From positions 1,024,001-1,088,000 of the forward strand of contig CAWBZV010000003.1 of the NCBI GenBank assembly GCA_963793305.1: a stretch of 64,000 nt of DNA. Reading direction: 5' to 3'. This DNA comes from an uncultured Gemmatimonadales bacterium (lineage in GTDB: Bacteria; Gemmatimonadota; Gemmatimonadetes; Gemmatimonadales; Gemmatimonadaceae). The notes below the pieces were generated by a model. It saw nothing but the letters and a program-made list of their open reading frames with translations, had not been told where the DNA came from and did not search any database. The position numbers were made by a program, and so were the translations under genes. Position 1 is the first letter of the stretch; the number at the start of each line of letters is the position of its first letter. Below are positions 60,145 to 64,000 of the stretch, piece after piece.

Positions 60145-62709
60145 ATGTCCCTGTGGCGGCAGATGAGACGCGGTCTCTACGTCCTGACGCATCGACGCGT
60201 GGCCGATCAGGACATCGCGGACGAGGTCCAGCACTTCCTCGATCAGATGGCGGCGGAAGACCGATCGGCGGCCCGTGTGACGATGGCGCGAGAGCAGGTG
60301 CGTTCGTACGGTTGGGAAAATCTGGTCGACCAAGTGATCGTCGATGCCCGCTATGCCGCGCGCCGGCTTCTCGCGTCGCCAGGGTTCACGACTGTCTGCG
60401 CGCTCACGCTCGCGGTCGGCATTGGCGCCAGCACCGCGATCTTCAGCGCCGTGTACCCGATTCTCTTCGAGCCGCTCCCGTATCCCGATGCGGGGCGCAT
60501 TCTCATGATCTCCGACCGCGGCGCGGGTGGCAGTCGCGTCGACGTCACGTTCGGCACCTACGCCGAGCTGGGGGCCCGCAGTCGATCGTTCAGTGCGCTC
60601 GCCGTCGTCGAGCCGTGGCAGCCCACGCTCACCGGTCGCGCCGAGCCGGAGCGACTGGACGGCCAACGCGTGAGCGCGAGCTATTTCCGCACGCTCGGCA
60701 TCACGCCCCGCCTCGGGCGCGATTTCGATGCGGCCGATGACCGGCCGCACGGGCCGAACGTCGTCCTCGTCAGCAATGCGCTGTGGCAGAAGGACGCCTC
60801 AATTCTTGGCAAGCAGATCACGTTGGACGGCGATCGCTATACCGTGATCGGCGTGATGCCGGCCGGGTTCGACAATGTCGTGTCGCCGTCGGCGCAGGTC
60901 TGGTCACTCCTCCAGTACGAATCCTCGGCGCCCTTCTTTCGCGATGCCGGCAGCCACTACACGCGGGAATGGGGCCATCACCTGGCCATGATCGGTCGCG
61001 TACGCTCCGGCGTGACTCTCGACGCCGCGCGCCGCGAGATCGAGGATCTCGCGCGAATCCCGACGCCCGAGTTCGTCCGGCCGTCCTGGGCATTGCTCGC
61101 CGATGGTCTGACCGTACACGCCCTGCAGGACGACGTGACGAGCGGCGTCCGCCCCGCGTTGCTCGCGATCCTCGGCGCGGTGCTGCTGGTTCTCACGATC
61201 GCCTGCGTCAATGTGACCAACTTGCTGCTCGCCCGCGGCGTTCAGCGCCGGGGCGAGTTTGCCATGCGCGCGGCCCTCGGCGCCGGCCGCGCACGAATTG
61301 TCGGACAGCTCGTAACCGAAAGCCTGCTCCTGGCGCTACTCGGTGGCATACTCGGCCTCGGACTCGCGGGGGTCGGCACGCGCGTGCTCGTGGCGCTCAG
61401 TCCACCGGAGCTGCCGCGCGTGAGCGCGATCGGCATCAATGGCTCGGTTTTCTTGTACGCCTTCGGCGTAACAACCGCCTGCGGCCTGCTCGTTGGCTTG
61501 ATCCCAGCGCTGCAGAATACGGCCAACCTGCGGCAACGTCAGCAACGTCATCACTCCATACGTAAAGCACTCGTCGTAACCGAGGTCGCGCTCTCCCTGG
61601 TACTCCTCGTTGGCGCGGGGTTGTTGCTGCGCAGCCTCGATCAACTCCTCAGCGTGCCGCCTGGGTTCAGGCCGTCGCACGTGCTGACGATGCAGGTGCA
61701 GGATGCCCAATCGCGCTATGAATTCTTCACGCGAGCCCTCGATGCCGTTCAGCGCGTACCGGGTGTGACATCGGCGGCGTATACGAGCCAGTTGCCGTTG
61801 AGCGGCAGACTCGACGGATACGGCGCGCACATGGAATCGAACAGGCGCACCGACGAGTCGGGCGACTTCAACGCGCTCCGATACACGGCCAGTCCAGGCT
61901 ACGTCAAAACGATGGGCATCGCGCTCCGTCGTGGGCGGTTGCTTGACGAGCACGACATCGCGGGCCAGCCGCACGCCATACTCGTGAGCGAGTCGTTCGC
62001 GAAGCGCAACCTCGCGGGCCAAGGTCCTCTGGGGCAGCGCCTCCGGTTCGGCCCGGACACCGTGTGGGCGACGATCGTCGGCGTGGTCGCCGACGTCAAG
62101 CAACAGTCGCTCGACGGCGATGAGACCGACGCCGTCTACAATAGCACGTCGCAGTGGGTCTGGGTCGACGCCAAGCAGTCGTTCGTGGTGCACACCCAGG
62201 GCGACCCGGCCGCGCTGGCACCGGCCGTCAAAGCCGCGATCTGGTCGGTGGACAAGGACGTGCCGATCGTGCAGGTCGCGACCATGAACGATCTCGTCGC
62301 GCGCTCCGAAGCCAAGCGCCAGTTCGCGCTCACGGTCTTCGAGGCATTCGGCCTCGCGGCGCTGGCGCTCGCCGCGATCGGTCTCTACGGCGTACTCTCC
62401 GGTGGCGTCACCGAGCGCCTTCGCGAGATCGGCCTGCGCTCGGCGCTTGGCGCATCGCCATTGGACATCGTGACGCTGATCGTCCGTCAGGGTATGACCC
62501 TGGCCACGTTGGGCATCGCGCTCGGCCTCTTCGGCGCGATCGTCGCCAGTCGCGCCATCGCATCGCTCCTCTTCGGTATCTCATCACTGGATCCCACGAC
62601 CTACGTCGGCGTGATCGCCGTGCTGCTCGGCGTCTCCGGCCTGGCGTGCTGGTTGCCGGCCATGCGGGCCTCCGGCGTCGCGCCACTCATCGCGCTTCGC
62701 ACCCCATGA
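60145..62709 (+). CDS. Duplicated MacB/FtsX-type ABC permease (ADOP-like)
   Basis: DIADEVQHFL N-domain, TLAVGIGASTAIFS, IACVNVTNLLLAR, GLYGVL...V..R.REIG. Confidence 0.95.
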   Translation: MSLWRQMRRGLYVLTHRRVADQDIADEVQHFLDQMAAEDRSAARVTMAREQVRSYGWENLVDQVIVDARYAARRLLASPGFTTVCALTLAVGIGASTAIFSAVYPILFEPLPYPDAGRILMISDRGAGGSRVDVTFGTYAELGARSRSFSALAVVEPWQPTLTGRAEPERLDGQRVSASYFRTLGITPRLGRDFDAADDRPHGPNVVLVSNALWQKDASILGKQITLDGDRYTVIGVMPAGFDNVVSPSAQVWSLLQYESSAPFFRDAGSHYTREWGHHLAMIGRVRSGVTLDAARREIEDLARIPTPEFVRPSWALLADGLTVHALQDDVTSGVRPALLAILGAVLLVLTIACVNVTNLLLARGVQRRGEFAMRAALGAGRARIVGQLVTESLLLALLGGILGLGLAGVGTRVLVALSPPELPRVSAIGINGSVFLYAFGVTTACGLLVGLIPALQNTANLRQRQQRHHSIRKALVVTEVALSLVLLVGAGLLLRSLDQLLSVPPGFRPSHVLTMQVQDAQSRYEFFTRALDAVQRVPGVTSAAYTSQLPLSGRLDGYGAHMESNRRTDESGDFNALRYTASPGYVKTMGIALRRGRLLDEHDIAGQPHAILVSESFAKRNLAGQGPLGQRLRFGPDTVWATIVGVVADVKQQSLDGDETDAVYNSTSQWVWVDAKQSFVVHTQGDPAALAPAVKAAIWSVDKDVPIVQVATMNDLVARSEAKRQFALTVFEAFGLAALALAAIGLYGVLSGGVTERLREIGLRSALGASPLDIVTLIVRQGMTLATLGIALGLFGAIVASRAIASLLFGISSLDPTTYVGVIAVLLGVSGLACWLPAMRASGVAPLIALRTP

Positions 62710-64000
62710 TCGCCATCGTGGTGTGGGCTCAGCTGGCCGCATTGTCCGGCATGAATGATCGGGCCGCGGAGGCCTACATCCGCACGATGCCGCGCGACAC
62801 GTTCCAGAAGTACTCGGCGATCATCCACGAGGATGACGATCGGCGGTATATCATCGACCGGAACGTCGTGATCGGGACCGCGTGCGCCGCCATTATCGTG
62901 CGGCCGAGGTCCGCGACGGGAAAGCTGCCGACCTTGCTCCAATTCAGCATCTACAACCCGCTGATGAGCGAGGCTCGGCGCACCGCCTCGCATGGCTACG
63001 TCGGCGTCGAGGCCGAGCCGCGCGGAAAGCAGTGCGCACCTGGTTCGCCCGTGCCGTACGAGAATGACGGCCCGGATGCCGTGGCGGTGATCGATTGGAT
63101 CGCCGAGCAGCCGTGGAGCGACGGCCGCGTAGGCATGTACGGCGGGAGCTACAACGGCGGCGCGCAGTGGGCAGCCGCCAAGCGCATGCCGAAAGCGCTC
63201 AAGGCCATCATGCCGCAAGCGCCGGTGGCGCCGGGCATCGACGTGCCCATGGAGGGCAACGTCGCCTGGATGTTCGTGTATCCGTGGACGTTCTATACGA
63301 CGAACGGGAAAGCCAACGACACCGCCGTGTACAACGATCGCGCCCGATGGCGGCGGTTGGACCACGACTGGTACGTCAGCGGTCGCGCGTTCCGCGATCA
63401 CGATAAGATCGACGGCACGCCCAATCCCTTCTTCGATCGCTGGCTCGATCATCCGAGCTACGACGCCTACTGGCAATCGATGATCCCGTACCGGGATGAG
63501 TTCGCGAAAGTGAATGTCGCCGTACTCCAGACGGCCGGGTACTACTTCGGTGGTCCCGGCGCGGCGCTCTATTACTTCTCGGAGCACCACAAGTACAATC
63601 CACGCGCCGAGCACTATCTCGTGATCGGCCCATATGACCACTTCCGGGCGCAGAGTGGCCCGGATACGAACGTCATCGCGGGCTATCACCTCGACCCGGT
63701 CGCGATGGTCGATCTCAGAGAGCTCCGGTATCAATGGTTCGATTACATCTTCAAGAACGCACCCAAGCCGGCGCTGTTCCAGAGCGCCGTGAACTACGAG
63801 GTCATGGGCGCGAATGTCTGGAAGCACTCTCCGACTGTCGCGGCCATGTCCGCCGGCACACATTGCGTCCACCTGACCGCGGCCACGCAGACCGTAGATC
63901 TCGCGGATCGGAGCGATGTTGATCGCGTTTCGCCAGGCGGCGGCATTGTCGATACCGTCATCGATACGTGGAACAGCGTCAAGACCGTAAGCGCGCCTTT
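62706..64000 (+). CDS. CocE/NonD family (X-Pro dipeptidyl-peptidase-like) serine hydrolase, 3' truncated by window edge
   Basis: Read manually, not in the ORF track: ATG at 62706; DWIAEQPWSDGRVGMYGGSYNG, WLDHPSYDAYW, IGPYDH. Confidence 0.9.
   Translation, partial: MIAIVVWAQLAALSGMNDRAAEAYIRTMPRDTFQKYSAIIHEDDDRRYIIDRNVVIGTACAAIIVRPRSATGKLPTLLQFSIYNPLMSEARRTASHGYVGVEAEPRGKQCAPGSPVPYENDGPDAVAVIDWIAEQPWSDGRVGMYGGSYNGGAQWAAAKRMPKALKAIMPQAPVAPGIDVPMEGNVAWMFVYPWTFYTTNGKANDTAVYNDRARWRRLDHDWYVSGRAFRDHDKIDGTPNPFFDRWLDHPSYDAYWQSMIPYRDEFAKVNVAVLQTAGYYFGGPGAALYYFSEHHKYNPRAEHYLVIGPYDHFRAQSGPDTNVIAGYHLDPVAMVDLRELRYQWFDYIFKNAPKPALFQSAVNYEVMGANVWKHSPTVAAMSAGTHCVHLTAATQTVDLADRSDVDRVSPGGGIVDTVIDTWNSVKTVSAP

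Overview
High-GC, very gene-dense bacterial window. The gene set (SusC/SusD pair with ECF sigma and FecR, three orphan duplicated ABC permeases, PadR, LytS/LytTR pairs, many exported peptidases and amidohydrolases) suggests Gemmatimonadota, or a similar Acidobacteriota-type soil organism; this is inference. About 54 CDS were found. No rRNA, tRNA, CRISPR or mobile element was seen. Recognisable modules are MarR-yceI with operator palindromes, an ECF/FecR/SusC/SusD uptake locus, and a phosphonate catabolic operon (MFS, PhnZ-like HD, FAD amine oxidoreductase, PhnX) without phnW. The best candidate for an undescribed system is 39761-44545. It holds a TPR protein convergent with a small exported Cys-loop peptide gene, a divergent AraC-type regulator, and an operon of a degenerate sigma54-activator-like AAA+, a ZU5-like lipoprotein and a second TPR protein. 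Together these look like a peptide-signalling cassette. Several enzymes have lost catalytic residues. Six frameshifts in five genes share one signature (an extra A, GA->GAA on the + strand) and are probably sequencing artefacts. Many genes look leaderless (TANNNT 5-7 nt before the start).
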